Positions 36,905 to 50,604 of a stretch of DNA of 64,000 nt are shown here, one piece after another (the first letter of the stretch is position 1; every line of letters begins with the position of its first letter). The notes under the pieces were generated by a model that made no database searches, was not told the origin of the DNA, and saw only the letters and a program-made list of their open reading frames with translations. The stretch comes from Octopus sinensis (taxonomy: Eukaryota). The translations under genes were made by a program, and so were the position numbers. The stretch lies in the NCBI RefSeq assembly GCF_006345805.1, contig NC_043002.1, forward strand, positions 55,180,001 through 55,244,000, read 5' to 3'.

Positions 36905-37660
36905 CTTCTGCGTGTGTGGTAAGAAGCTTGCTTGCCATCCACATGGTTCCAGGTTCAGTCCCACAGCGTGGCACCTTTGGCCAGTGTCTTCTTCTATAGC
37001 CTCAGGCCAGCCAAAACCTTGTGAGTGGATTTGGTAGATGGAAACTGAAAGAAGCCCGCCATGTGTGTGTGTGTGTGTGTGTGTGTTTGCGTGTCTGTGT
37101 TTGTTCGCTCACCATCGTTTGACAACCGATGCTGGTGTGTTTACGTCCCCGTGACCTAGCGGTTCGGCAAAATGACCCGATAGAATAAGTACCAGGCTTA
37201 CGAAGAATAAGTCCTGGGGTCGATTTGTTTGACTAAAGGTGGTGCTCTAGCATGGCTGTAATCAACTGACTGAAACAGGTAAAAAGAGTAATATATTTTG
37301 AGTATATATTCTCTTACTTGTTTCAGTCAGTTGACTGCGGCCATGCTGGAGCACAGCCTTTTGTCGAACAAATCGACCCCAGGACTTATTCTTATAAGCC
37401 TAATACTTATTCTATTGGTTTCTTTTGCCGAACCGCTAAGTCACGAGGACGTAAATACACCAACATCGGTTGTCAAATGATGGTGGGAGGACAAACAGAC
37501 ACACAAACACACACACACACACACATATGACGGGCTTCTTTCAGTTTCCATCTACCAAATCCACTCACAAGGCTTTGGTGGGCCCGAAGCTATAGCAGAA
37601 GACACTTGCCCAAGGTGCCACGCAGTGGGACTGAACCCGGAACCATGTGGTTGAGAAGCC
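36905..37660. repeat. Tail-to-tail inverted pair of family A SINEs
   Basis: Forward copy ~36905-37290 and reverse copy ~37310-37660, separated by ~20 bp. Confidence 0.85.
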
Positions 37661-38691
37661 TGTAATTAGTAATTTTGCAATAGAATTCCTTACATTTAAT
37701 CATAAAAGTATAACAGAATTTTGTTAAAAACAGTGAACGGCTGTGAGGACCCACCCGAGTAGACTAGGAACCGAAGGGGTCTATAGGCAAAAGGAAAGGT
37801 TGAGCACTACTGATGTAAAACTATATCGAATAAAGCGTCGAGTTGGTTGAAACGTTAGCACGCCGGGCGAAATGCTTAGCGGTATTTCGTCTGTCGCTAC
37901 GTTCTGAGTTCAAATTCCGCCGAAGTCGACTTTGAATTTTATCCTTTCGGGTCGATAAATTAAGTACCAGTTGCATACTCGGGTCGATCTAATCGACTGG
38001 TCCTTTTCCCCAAAAATTTCGGGTCTTGTTCCTAGAGTAGAAAAGAATTTGTTGATGTTTAGCCCCGAGTCGGTGCTGACCAAGCTGACTTCTGATTAAA
38101 AAAAAAACTTTCCAGCCGTGACTATCCAGCTTGTTTTCATAAATTGTATAATCCGGACTAAATTTCACAGTGTGTCCAGTATTAAGTCAGTAGAGTGTGG
38201 TTTAAGGAAGATCTGGCTGCTATTTCTTGTCAGTTGAACAGTCATGATGAGGCTCCCTTCTTGTCGGTTCGTAAAAGCTGATCTGATTTGAAAGTCGGTT
38301 TGAAAGTTGATCTCTAAGAAGATTGTATTGAGGTGGTATGGAGGATGGTATGAAGATGTCGACATATGATATGGAGGAGGTATGGAGGTGGCATCGAGAT
38401 GGTATGTGACTTTTGTGTTATGCTGTCATTGGTTAACGAAAAGTGAGATAAAGACAAAAGGTTGAAAGTACATAAGGGGTTTTCGTTATCTGCCAAAAGA
38501 AGATAACGAAGGAAAAAAACAAAAAAAAAACAAAACAAAAACGTAATAGATGGAAATGTAATAGTGGTGGTGGTGGTGGTGGTGGTGGTGGTGGATATCC
38601 GTCGTTCATCGACACACTAGCGTAGCTGGGGGTGGGTGGGCTGGACAGAAGGGGCGGTCCACCCCGGGTTGCACTTTTAAATGGGGGAGGG

Positions 38692-39058
38692 GGCGGACAT
38701 AAAGAATGTGGACCGCACCCCACTTTAATTTTTTTTTCTACAGAATCCCCCATTTTCGAGTGCCGAGATTCTGATCCTGCAAAAAAGCAAAAAAAAAAAA
38801 ACGGCATTTTAAAATCTTAATTTTCTCCATCCCCAACCGACCAAATTCTTCAATTTTCACTTTTTCAGAATTTTTTTTTAGAATCATAATCTCCGTATTT
38901 CTCTACGTATTTCGCAAAAAAAAAAGAAAAATTAAAATTTTAAAATGCTGTTTTTTTTTCTTGCAGAATCAGAATCTCCGTACTCGAAAATGGGGGGTTC
39001 TGTAAAAAAAAACAACAAATAACGAAAGGGGATGCGGTCCGCATTCTTTACGTCCGCC
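38692..39058. mobile_element. Foldback/MITE with ~140-bp inverted arms
   Basis: ggcggacataaagaatg...cccattttcgagt vs actcgaaaatggg...cattctttacgtccgcc. Confidence 0.7.
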
Positions 39059-40142
39059 TAAAGAGGCTGCACTTTTCATCCTGTTGTAGGATATTGCTGT
39101 AGGCAATGTGTTTTTTGTGGGGTCCGCTGGTTAGCGGTCAGTTTGAACTGCCGAAAATCTCTAGTTAGTATGAAGACAAATGGTGTGCAACCAACCGCAG
39201 CATCCAAGAGAAAGATGGTTGGTGGTGCCAGAAACTGTGTTGGTACTGGCAGATCATTGAAGGATTGTTTGAAAAGTGTGAAAGGAAAGGTGCCGTTCAG
39301 CTCTTAGATTATGCTCAGACACAAAGCCCAACATAACGTTCATGAATGTGTTAAAAACAACCAATCTCTTGGTAAAATACGCTCTACCGAGTAAACTCAA
39401 GACGAAGAACAGTGTTGCAAGTCGACTGATGGCCAAGTTATGCCTGATTTTAGAAGGAGACAAGTAATTAGATTTGCATCTATACCTATTATCGGATTTT
39501 GTTAGGGCCCCATATAGTAAAGATGTGGATGGGAAAAGTGTGGGTAGAGGGTGATGTGCTAGCAACCCTCTCCCTTTACTGTTTTAGAAAGTAAACAACA
39601 ACACGAATAATTACGCAGAGGCGGCCATGATTGAAACAAAAAACAAGAACAACAAGCATTATCAAAAGAGAAAGGAAGCATGGCCATTCCTTACCCAAGT
39701 GACCTTATCTTATCGCCCATCACTTATTATGCGCTCATAAATTAGTTTTATAGTTGAGCTCTGATTAGCTGTATGCAAATGAGTTCATAAATGGGGTCCG
39801 GAACTCTCGTGGGAAAAAATTTCGTAATCCGGGCGGCACACACTCTAGCTACGCAAGTGTATCGACGACAAGGATTCAGCCGTTCAATCAACTAAATTGT
39901 CTCCTCGTTAGTAACCGAGTATTCCACAGACACGTGTACTGTTAACGTTTTCTTCAGATAGAATCAGGGTTACAAGGCTGTACCTTTTAAATTACAGGTA
40001 TAATTCATTCGACGGGCTTCCGTACAGTTACTGTTTAATCACTCGGGGATGAATTAGAAGTGGAAGCCCGAGACCAGTTCCGAGTAGCAGAGACCATTAT
40101 AATAACGATAGAAAAAAAAATAAAACTAAAGGAAACGACATA

Positions 40143-40448
40143 CATTATTTACATTATTTACATTTGATAGATATTTGCCCTCATCTTTGTGTTGAATAAT
40201 AATAGTAATAATAATAATAATAACAACAACAACAACAAAAACAACAACAACAATAATAATAATAACATCGAAAAATACCTTAGGAATGAGAATCCAGGTT
40301 CGAAATTTCCCCCAAGACACCTGATGAAGGCTGGAGGGTATATCAGCCGAAACGTTGTGTTAACAACAAACAAGATGAGGACAAATATCCGTCAAATGTA
40401 AATAACGTAAATAATGTACACAATTTCTCATCTCTTAAATATAGAACG
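40143..40448 (+). mobile_element. Same hammerhead-SINE family, headless, with 5'-inverted tail
   Basis: Body matches 6840-6995; the reverse-complement tail is at 40143-40195; flanks ggaaacgacata / ggaaacggcata. Confidence 0.82.
40316..40361 (+). ncRNA. Minimal type I hammerhead in SINE body
   Basis: GACAC-CUGAUGA-A-GGCUG(loop)CAGCC-GAAA-CGU-U/GUGUU, with palindromic ACGU stem III. Confidence 0.75.
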
Positions 40449-40934
40449 GGAAACGGCATAGCTGTAGGCCAGAAATTCGAGTGTGTCCCTTAGTGATGGG
40501 ATGCCAGTCTGTCGAGTGACTTTTCTCTGGATCAGTGTACATAGCAGCAGTACCATCCCCAGATGAGACCAATACTCCACTCTGGTTTTCATTTGAGTGT
40601 CAGAAGGTGTTGGGGCGAAAATATCTTCTGTCGCTAAAGAGATAAGGGTTAGTCTTTGGGACGCGGTTCAAGCTATGTCGACGGAGAGTTTCCACGAAGA
40701 GAGATCCACGGTACTAATAAGGCCCAGCATTTGGGGCTTATGCCCAAATGCTGCTACGACGATATATTCTTTGATAGAGGTGCAACGGTAATGTGGCACA
40801 CAAAAAATGTGAAGATAGATTCAAACCAGGATGCAGGATAGGAAGTAAGTGAAGGTAAGGAGTTGACAGATTATGTCACATTCATATGCTTAACATTATT
40901 ATCATCATCATCATCACCATCACCATCACCATCA

Positions 40935-41292
40935 TGTGAATCTGAAGACTAAAACAATACCTGTTGTCATAGGTGCCCTGGGAATGATAGCAAAAGGGGC
41001 TGATTGCTACCTAACTCAGATACTAGGAAACCACAAAATGGCAGAAATTCAAAAGATAGTGCTCATGGGAACTGTTCATATCCTACGCAAAATACTTTCT
41101 ATGTAATCTCAAGTTTTAAAACAAAGATAATTTTCGTATGGCTTTTTAGACATTCACTAGTACAACACTAAGTACAAAACCAAATATATGGCACCCTAGG
41201 CATAACACCATCATGAACTTCTAACTTGTTGTCTCTTGAGGTCTCTGGGTGAGACTTGGAGCCAACTTGTACAAATGTAAAGCAAAAGTCAA

Positions 41293-41360
<68 letters not shown>
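40935..41360 (+). mobile_element. R4/Dong-like (restriction-like endonuclease) non-LTR 3' fragment between (CAT)n and (TAA)n tracts
   Basis: 40939-41106 encodes NLKTKTIPVVIGALGMIAKG...IQKIVLMGTVHILRKILSM*, resembling the post-RLE C-terminus, followed by a 3' UTR and a (TAA)n tail. Confidence 0.72.
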
Positions 41361-41371
<11 letters not shown>

Positions 41372-41694
41372 TAATAATAATAATAATGGTTTTAAATTTT
41401 TCCACAAGGGCAGCTATGTTTGGGGAGGAGATGAGTCGATTACATCGACCCCAGCAATTCACTGGTACTTAATTTATCGACTCCGAAAGGATGAAAGGCA
41501 AAAGTGGACCTCATCGGAATTTGAACGTATCGGCGGGTGAAATAATAATAGATAATCTCAGTGTTATTAACTTACCAATTTACTAATCGTAACCACCGAA
41601 GCATTAAGGTAAGCCTCTTGAACATTCCTGTCTTTGAGTTCTCAGATTCATTGGGCCGGTTACCCGGTTTCTGTGGTGTGTAAGTGACGGAGAT

Positions 41695-41910
41695 CACAAG
41701 GCGGTGAGCTGGCAGAAACGTTAGCACGCCGGGCGAAATGCTTAGCGGTATGTCGTCTGTCTTTACATTCTGAGTTCAAATTCCGCCGAGGTCGACTTTA
41801 CCTTTCATCCTTTCGGGGTCGATAAATTAAGTACCAGTTACGTACTGGGGTCAATCTAATCGACTGGCCCCCTCCCCCAAAATTTCGAGCCTTGTACCTA
41901 GAGTAGAAAA
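41695..41910 (+). mobile_element. tRNA-derived SINE family B with a Nin/Deu-like domain (representative; many copies, e.g. 24440, 27360(-), 32390, 37845, 47355, 61980(-))
   Basis: ggcggtgagctggcagaaacgttagc...gagttcaaattcc (B box) followed by cctttcatcctttcggggtcgataaattaagtaccag. Confidence 0.82.
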
Positions 41911-42417
41911 GAAAATTGACAAGGATCACACCATTGCCCCTGGATGAGATGCCAGTCCGTAGCGAAGTTATTCATTTGCATCGGAGTGGACTGGAGCAAT
42001 GGGAGATGAAGTGTTTTGCTTAAGAACACAACGTACCACCAAGCTCGGGGATCGAAATCACCACCTTGCGATCGTGAGTGCAACATCCTAACCAACCAGA
42101 CCGCGCACCTTCACTAATAATGTATCGCTAGTCTTATACTTTTCTTTTTCTTTTTGTCATCTTGAAGTAATTTAAGACTAAGTGAATCTCGACGGGATTT
42201 TAATTCAGAATATAAAAAGACTAAATACCGCAAGGTATCGTTTGTAACCCCCCCCCCCCCCACTACACTCTCTCCAAACAAGCTAAATGAGGAAAATATA
42301 AAATAGTGGCAATATTTAGCAATTTTAAGAAATTCTATATTCAGCAGTAAAAATATCAAATGGCGAATTTTGTAAACTGGATTGACCTTTCGGAGAGATA
42401 AACAACTGAGATAATGT

Positions 42418-42449
42418 GACATACGCACGCACGTACGCGCACGCACACA

Positions 42450-42516
<67 letters not shown>

Positions 42517-42567
42517 ACACACACACACAGACACACACACACACAGACACACACACACACACACACC

Positions 42568-42646
<79 letters not shown>

Positions 42647-42670
42647 CATGTGCATGCATGCACACATATA
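42418..42670. repeat. Long (CA)n compound microsatellite
   Basis: Direct reading. Confidence 0.97.
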
Positions 42671-42957
42671 TATGATGGCTGCCTCCTCGTTATCGAGTAT
42701 GGCCATTGCACGAATGTGACTTTTTAGCCCAGTTAAAAATCTACAATGTCTCGTACAGAATTGTCAGCCCAAACCTTTACTGGCAATTGCTGGCTGTAGT
42801 TGTAACTGGGCTTCATGTACCTTTGCATGTCGTTTAAGTCCTCCTGCCGAATCACACTCCCTTCTACATGCCCGATAGATATGATTAGTATGGTGTGTAG
42901 CACCACCACCACCACCACCAGCGGCCTGGTAGTCAACCATCGGTCTTGCTTTATGAC

Positions 42958-42990
<33 letters not shown>

Positions 42991-43815
42991 GTATGCATAC
43001 AGACGAAACCTCCAGCTTCTATATCCTGATTATAAATTTCACATATTTATACCAATAATAATCTGTGTACTTGGGTTTGTGAGTAAATACCTAAGTGACA
43101 ATCTGGATAAGCTAAGGTTTTCAGAAAAAGAAATCAACCGATCAACTCTCACATTACAAATACAATCCGTAAGTGGAACAATAAAAATCTGCGGGACTTT
43201 TGTCAAGTTTAAAATGATATTGTTTTTATTATCTACAATTCAACGATGGAGCTTTCAATCTTTGTTAGAAACCAGCTCCTCCCTCCTAAGGGGAAGAATT
43301 TAAATAATTAAAAACAGAAGAGGACACACACACACACACACACACACACCACACACACACACACAAATACATATATACATACATGATGCCTGTCTACACA
43401 TTAGACAATCATGAGACCATTGCTGACAGGAGTATCTGTAATGGCCACGCGAGGGGATTAAGTCGAATGTAGTTAGCAGAACACCACAACTCTCATCATC
43501 ATCATCATCATCATCACCATCATGCAAATAAGCAGTCCATCGCTATCAGACAAATGCCGCCATAATAATTACTTATAAAACCCATGGCCTCAATCTTTGG
43601 TTATTATATTTAGATAGTTTATATTAATTGCTTTTGTCTGGACTGTGATAATGGTGTGTAGTAGTAGTAGTAGTAGTAATTGGCTTGCTGTGACATAAAA
43701 GTGAGCTCAGTACAACAGGAAACAGCAGTCATATTGCTGATTCGACGGATCTGTAATCTTTTGGACGGTATTTCCTCATTCCAGAGATACAAACAACCAC
43801 AGCAAATGATAAATG

Positions 43816-43931
<116 letters not shown>

Positions 43932-43964
43932 ATATGTATGTATATATATATGCATGTATATATG

Positions 43965-44010
<46 letters not shown>

Positions 44011-44384
44011 CGTGTATATATGTCTCTATATATGTTTTTAAGTATGTATGAGTATACCTGGGTGTATATGTTTGTATATATGTGTGTATATATATACATA
44101 TATATATATACACATAAATTTATCTATCTCTACATACGTGTGTATGTGTATACACACACTATTTATTTATTTATAAATACATATATACATGTACATATGC
44201 ACATATGTACACAGATTGAAAACGACAGACACAGACACATACACACACAAAATATGAAACGTACGTGCTCACACACGCAACATCAACAACAGCGAGACTG
44301 ACATTTCTTGTTTATGGGAGATTAATAAACATTTAGATGCGATCTACGAATGTATTACGTAAATGATATTTACCTTCTTGAAGG

Positions 44385-44960
44385 CGTCGAGCTGTCAGAA
44401 ACGTTAGCACGCCGAGCGAAATGCATAGCCGTATTTCGTCTGCCGCTACGTTCTGAGTTCAAATTCCACCGAGGTTGATTTTGCCTTTCATCCTTTCGGG
44501 GATCGATTAAATAAGTACCAGTTACGCACTGGGGTCGATGTAATCGACTTAATCCGTTTGTCTGTCCTTGTTTTTCCTCTCTGTGTTTAGCCCCTTGTGG
44601 GTAGTAAAGAAATAGGTATTTCTTCTGCCGCTACGTTCTGAGTTCAAATTCTGCTGAGGTCGATTTTGCCTTTCATACTTTCGGGGATCGATTAAATAGG
44701 TACCAGTTACGCACTGGGGTAGATATAATCGTCTTAATCTGTTTGTCTGTCCTTGTTTGTCCACTCTGTGTTTAGCCCCTTGTTGGTAGTAAAGAAATAG
44801 GTATTTCGTTTGTCTTTACGTTCTGAGTTCAAATTCTGCCGAGGTCGACTTTGCCTTTCATCCTTATCGGGGTCGATAAATTAAGTACCAGTTGCGTACT
44901 GAGATCGCTCTAATCGACTTGGTCCCTCCTCCAAAACTTCGGGCCTTATGTCTAGAGTAG
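44385..44960 (+). repeat. Three tandem partial copies of SINE family B
   Basis: The unit ctacgttctgagttcaaattc...tagtaaagaaataggtatttc recurs at ~44445, ~44630 and ~44815. Confidence 0.8.
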
Positions 44961-45878
44961 GAAAGAATATTTACGGTCTTGTGTGTGAAGTGAACGAAGT
45001 ATGCGATCCGGTTTCTATTTCCTACGGCGACATATTTCCCTCTTTAACGTCTCTCCTGTAGACAGGCTAACGCTGCTCATGATCAACTATGAGACAAAAA
45101 AATATTGCCTTTCATTTCTTGAGAAGGATATATGGGGGTGGGGCGCTTTAGCTGGAATGGCATTATCGAAACTGCTACTGCTGCTTGTTTCTTTGTTTGT
45201 TTGTTGAGCGAAGCGGTCTTCGTCTCAGAGTGGTGAGAAGTCCGAAACGTGGTCCTTTGCTATTCGTAAGACCCGCAGAAGAGAAAGCAGGTCAAACCCC
45301 GACACCGAGAGCATCGACGGATGGATGAATGCTCATCCAGGCTCAGCGGTTGCGTAGGAAGTCGGGGATAAGAAATAGGAAGAAAGAGTGAGAGAAAGTT
45401 GGGGCGAAAGAGTACAACAGGGCTCGCCACCTCCCACCCCCTGGCCGGAGCCTCGTGGAGCTTTAGGTGTTTTCGCTCAATAAACACACACAACGCCCGG
45501 TCTGGGAATCGAAACCGCAATCCTCCGACCGCGAGTCCGCTGCCCTAAAAACTAGGCCATTGCGCCTCCACTGCTGCTACTGCCGCGGCCAATATCAAAT
45601 TCATCTGCTGCGGCTCCTATATGTTAAATAGGGGCCATTTCATAAAAAAATCTATCTATCAATTTAGCGGGCTAGCCAGTAGCCAGCTAGTGTACAATTC
45701 TTTCTCTCTCTCTCTCTTCGAAATGAGGAGTAGATAGACAGCCGACAACTGATGAGGGGTCGTTCTCTGTGTTACTTGTCCTGTTTTCCATTTTTTCCCT
45801 CGTTGTTTGCTTATTTAACTCGTTTGTTCTCGTATTTCATGTTTTACACAGTTGGTGACGTCATGTACCTATATATGC

Positions 45879-45911
<33 letters not shown>

Positions 45912-45919
45912 CGTGCGTG

Positions 45920-46019
<100 letters not shown>

Positions 46020-46227
46020 AGAAAATCAGCCGAAATTGCAAGGATAATCTGGTTCTTGACTGAAGATAGAAAACTTCGAATGATCCGTCCTTGTTTCTTT
46101 GTTGTATCGTCTTCCTGGATGTTTTGTTATCCCCTTGTTGTATCACCTAGTTGTCCGGATGTTCGCGTTCTTGTCCATTTTGTATTGTATATATATATAA
46201 TATATATATAATTATATATATATATAT

Positions 46228-46590
46228 CCCGACCCAAGGGACGTCCACAGCTACGAGACAGGGACGTGTGCAAGCGCGACCTGAGGACTGCCAACATCTG
46301 TGTGGACACGTGGGAGGAAACAGCTGCTGACCGCTCTGCCTGGCGTCGGACGGTGAGGAAAGGCGTTTCCATGCTGAGGAGAGGAGAGCACAGCTGTGGT
46401 TGGACAGGCGGGACAGGAGGAGGACAACTGCAGCAACACCCCACACGTACCCATCGATGTTCGTGTGCAGCAACTGTACCAAGGACTGCCACTCTAGAAT
46501 TGGACTGTTCAGTCACAGCAGACGCTGCACATCATCAAAGTAGGCCCCACCCTTGGCGCAACCCATTGTCTATCAAGACAGACGGGGATA
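46228..46590 (+). mobile_element. RTE-clade LINE 3' end
   Basis: RPKGRPQLRDRDVCKRDL...WEETAADRSAWRRTV and CSNCTKDCHSRIGLFSHSRRC (C-terminal Cys/His motif). Confidence 0.82.
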
Positions 46591-46646
46591 AAGAAGAATA
46601 TATATATATATATATGCATATATGGGTACATGACGTAACCAGTTGT

Positions 46647-46677
<31 letters not shown>

Positions 46678-48356
46678 TGATAATCGTAATGGAACATGGG
46701 AACGATTACAGGGAAGGACATGCATGGGAATCCTCTCATCAGCCATGGAGACCAGAATCAGCATAATATAACAGCGAGTTTAAAATCCCAATGGCTTTCA
46801 ATTTCGCGCTGCTACTCTTTTTTGTTGCACTATTTAAAGGATGAAAGGCAAAGTTGACTTAGGCTGGAGTTAAACAAAGAGCGTAAAGATACAGGTGAAG
46901 GGCCGCCGAGCGCTTTGGCCGACGCGCTAACGATTCTGCTAGCTTGCCGCCTTAAGTTAAATAAAAAATACTAAGAACACCTTCTCAGAAGCAGACTGCC
47001 ATAGCTTCGAGTTATCACAGGTCGTTACCCTCAAAAAAGGTTAGGTACTCATTTTCTGGGTCGCTCAGCATTATTGCCTTCCATAGTCAACACCTTTACA
47101 GATCCTAACAGATCGAGTGTAAACTTCCATACTCAGCCGTTAGCTAGGAGTGATGGGATGAGGTATAGAACTGACAAGAATGATTTACAATAGTTCTTGT
47201 GGTAAGCGTTTGTTACATAGCAACGTACCAGCGACAAGACTTTGCCTGGTTGGGACGATATTTTCCGAATTTCATACAGTTCACAAAAGGCAAAACATAA
47301 CGATTAAATGGAAATTAGTGAAATCACTGCCGTTCAATTATTACTGAAACATTAAATCGGTGAGCTGGCAGAACCGTTAACACGCTGGACGAAATGTTTA
47401 TCGGTATTTCGCCCGTCGCTACATTCTGAGTTCAAACTTTGCCTTTCAATCTCTCGGGGTCGATTAAATAACCACTAGCTACGCGCTGGGCTCGATGTAA
47501 TCGACTTAACCCCTCCCCCAAGGTGCCCTTGTGGCAAAATTTGAAATCAACATTACAGAAATATTACGTGGAGTCTGAGGTAAACATAATAATTATAACA
47601 ATGCAACATACAGCCAGAGTTACAGCACTAAACTTACTTAACTGGCACTCCGTCGGTTACGACGATGAGCGTTCCAGTCGATCCGATCAACGGAACAGTC
47701 TGCTCGTGAAATTAATTCACTAAGTGGCTGAGCACTCCGCAGATATGTGTACGGTTAATGTAGTTTTCAGGGAGATTCTGCGTGACACAGAATGTGGCAG
47801 TACCAACTCTTTGATTTAAAGGTTACAACTCATTTTTTCCGGTCGAGTGAACTGCAGCAGCGTATTGATCAAGGGCACATTGTGCCGCCAGGAATCGAAC
47901 TCACGACATCATGATTATGAACCAAATGCTCTAACTACCGAGTTACGTGCCTTCACAAAACCATTCCTGTTACATTAAATACCACTAGAACAATTCTCGA
48001 TCTTTCGATAAGAAATATCTACATTTCTTTACCTGAAACTGCTCTGCTGATCAAAGAAACACAACTGACAAGCAAAACAACAAAAAGTCGCATTTGCCCC
48101 CTTCATCCCCCCTCTTCTATTTTCTTACCAACATTTTTCGAGTTTTTTTTTTAATCTTATATCTTAGGCACATATTTTTGTTGCATTTTAAGAAAAGGAA
48201 AAGACACAAACGTGCATTTTAGCTTAAATATAGCTCACCAGATGGGTTACTTATGGGTGCCGTCTTCATGAAACTTAAGTAGTCTTTATATAGATGTATA
48301 TTTATGTCATATTTTCCGTTTGCTGTCTTTTTTATTTAATCCTGAATGTGAATACT

Positions 48357-48400
<44 letters not shown>

Positions 48401-48690
48401 TGATCACGTGACTAACCAGATTGTCAGATGTTGTTACACATCGTTAGTCACAATGAGCTCTGCATAGTTTTAGTCTTCGAATGACGCCATTCTACTGTCT
48501 AGGAGAGCAGGCTAACATACCCCCCACCCTGATCGAAAAGGGTTCTAGGGCAACATGAAATGAAGTGTTTTGCTCATGAACACAACAGCCCCTCCCCGGT
48601 CTGGGAGTCGAACCCATGATCTAGCGATCGTGAGTGCAACAGCCTAACTAGACCAAACGCGCACACACGCACACACACACACACACACAC

Positions 48691-48735
<45 letters not shown>

Positions 48736-48755
48736 AAATACATAAATAGCAATGT

Positions 48756-49700
48756 TTGCATATCTTTAGTATTGTAGAACGGTCACACCCAACATTACTA
48801 TCGACGGCACCCGCATCACCGACGGCACACACACCACCACCGGTAACAATAGTGCCAAACCTACGGCCAGGGACGGCTACCACAACGATGACAATCACTA
48901 CGACAGCAGCCACGGCGTCATCGCCGGATCCGCGCAGCGTAATGATAACAGCACTGATGGCAGCCCCAACAACACCGGTGGCAGCCCCAACAACACCGGT
49001 GGCAGCCCCAACAACACCGGTGGCAACAACATTTCCAAGCCCGGAGCCATCCGGATATGCACCAGTAATGTTAACACAACCAACAAATACGGCAGTCAAG
49101 CGACGCTTCTACAACCACAGGTCCTCCTTCAGGGTCTCAGAAAGACGATTCACCACATCTCTGGCCAGCCATCTGTGGTGTCTCAAAGTTGAAGGGACAC
49201 CATACGATATCAAGTGGAAGATATTAGAACGACCGGGACCCTACATCAACGGGAGTGTATGCTGCAAGCCCTGCATAGCCGAGGGAGCTAGGATCCTCAA
49301 AGATTCCATGAAACCTGGGTCGCTGAATACTCGCCAAGAAATCTTTACACCATGCATCCATTTCAATCACTACCTGCTGCAAGCATGGGATTCCCCATTC
49401 GCTGACTAAGCCCAGAAGAGTCCTTACGATCCAGAAGCAACCCAAGGGATAAAGCCCTTATTCCTCTCACCAGGTCCATAAATAACTGGTCTACGGGAGG
49501 TGATCCGTCCTCACTAACGATGGACTATTTATTTTCTGATGACCAAATGACCAATGACTGTTACAGATTTCTACCTCCCAGAAGTGAAGAGTTAAATTTG
49601 TCTTTGGACTAGAGCCTGATGAGTCGTCCAGGAAGTTACAGCTTTTGTGAATGCGAAACCAATGGTCACTCTATGACCAGACATTAACTTTATTACTTTA
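48756..49700 (+). mobile_element. Penelope-like GIY-YIG C-terminal fragment fused to a Thr/Pro-rich low-complexity ORF, followed by a hammerhead-like motif
   Basis: KRRFYNHRSSF...LASHLWCLK...IKWKILE...CKPCIAE...LNTRQEIFTPCIH. Three copies of 21-bp gcagccccaacaacaccggtg at 48961-49023. Confidence 0.7.
49610..49673 (+). ncRNA. Decayed type I hammerhead downstream of a GIY-YIG fragment
   Basis: UAGAGC-CUGAUGA-G...C-GAAA-CC(AAU)GGU-C/ACUCUA; stem II weak and one mismatch in stem I. Confidence 0.5.
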
Positions 49701-49753
<53 letters not shown>

Positions 49754-49965
49754 TGTATGTATGTATGTATGTATGTATGTATGTATGTATAGGGAAAGAG
49801 TTCACACACAAAAAACAAAAGATGAAGACAGGTGGTGTAGACAACAAATAGATGTATTAGTTTAACGCCCGGGAAGTGAAAAAGTTTTTAACATTTCGAG
49901 CCTACGCTCTTCCATAGAAGGAACACAGAAAGAAACAAGGAGAGAATATAAAGAATGTATAGTGG

Positions 49966-50060
<95 letters not shown>

Positions 50061-50287
50061 AATATAAGAGAGTGGTCACTATATTGCTCAACCACTCTCT
50101 TATATTTATTTTGTAAAAATATTATAATATGTTATAAAATATTATAATAATCCAGGTTTCTCGTAGCACTAGGCCACTTGGTGTTGAATAAATATACTAT
50201 TAAATTAGTATTCTAATTCTCTCACCCTTATTAATTATATATATATATTATATATATATAATATATATATATGTGTATGTATGTATG

Positions 50288-50318
<31 letters not shown>

Positions 50319-50319
50319 G

Positions 50320-50402
<83 letters not shown>

Positions 50403-50562
50403 TATATATATAGATCAATAAATGGTGGGGTTGTGTTGACCGCACGTGGAGAAATGATAATCAAGGAAAATTGTAAAAAGGCAGAATGCTAATTTGAAAG
50501 AAAATTTTAATGAAAATGGGTGTATGGAAAAGTTTTTGAAAAATTGATAAAATATATATATT

Positions 50563-50604
50563 AATTCAAACCGGTTTTCGTCATAATGTGACTTTTCAAG
50601 AATT
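50563..50604 (-). ncRNA. U3:A8 core-variant hammerhead (inverted Penelope terminal repeat)
   Basis: AAUUC-UUGAAAA-GUCA(CAUUA)UGAC-GAAA-ACCGGUU-U/GAAUU. Confidence 0.65.

Noticed and set aside
45225-45275. Hammerhead-like remnants near 45230, 45750 and 46070
   Set aside because: Core or helices too degenerate to support a call.
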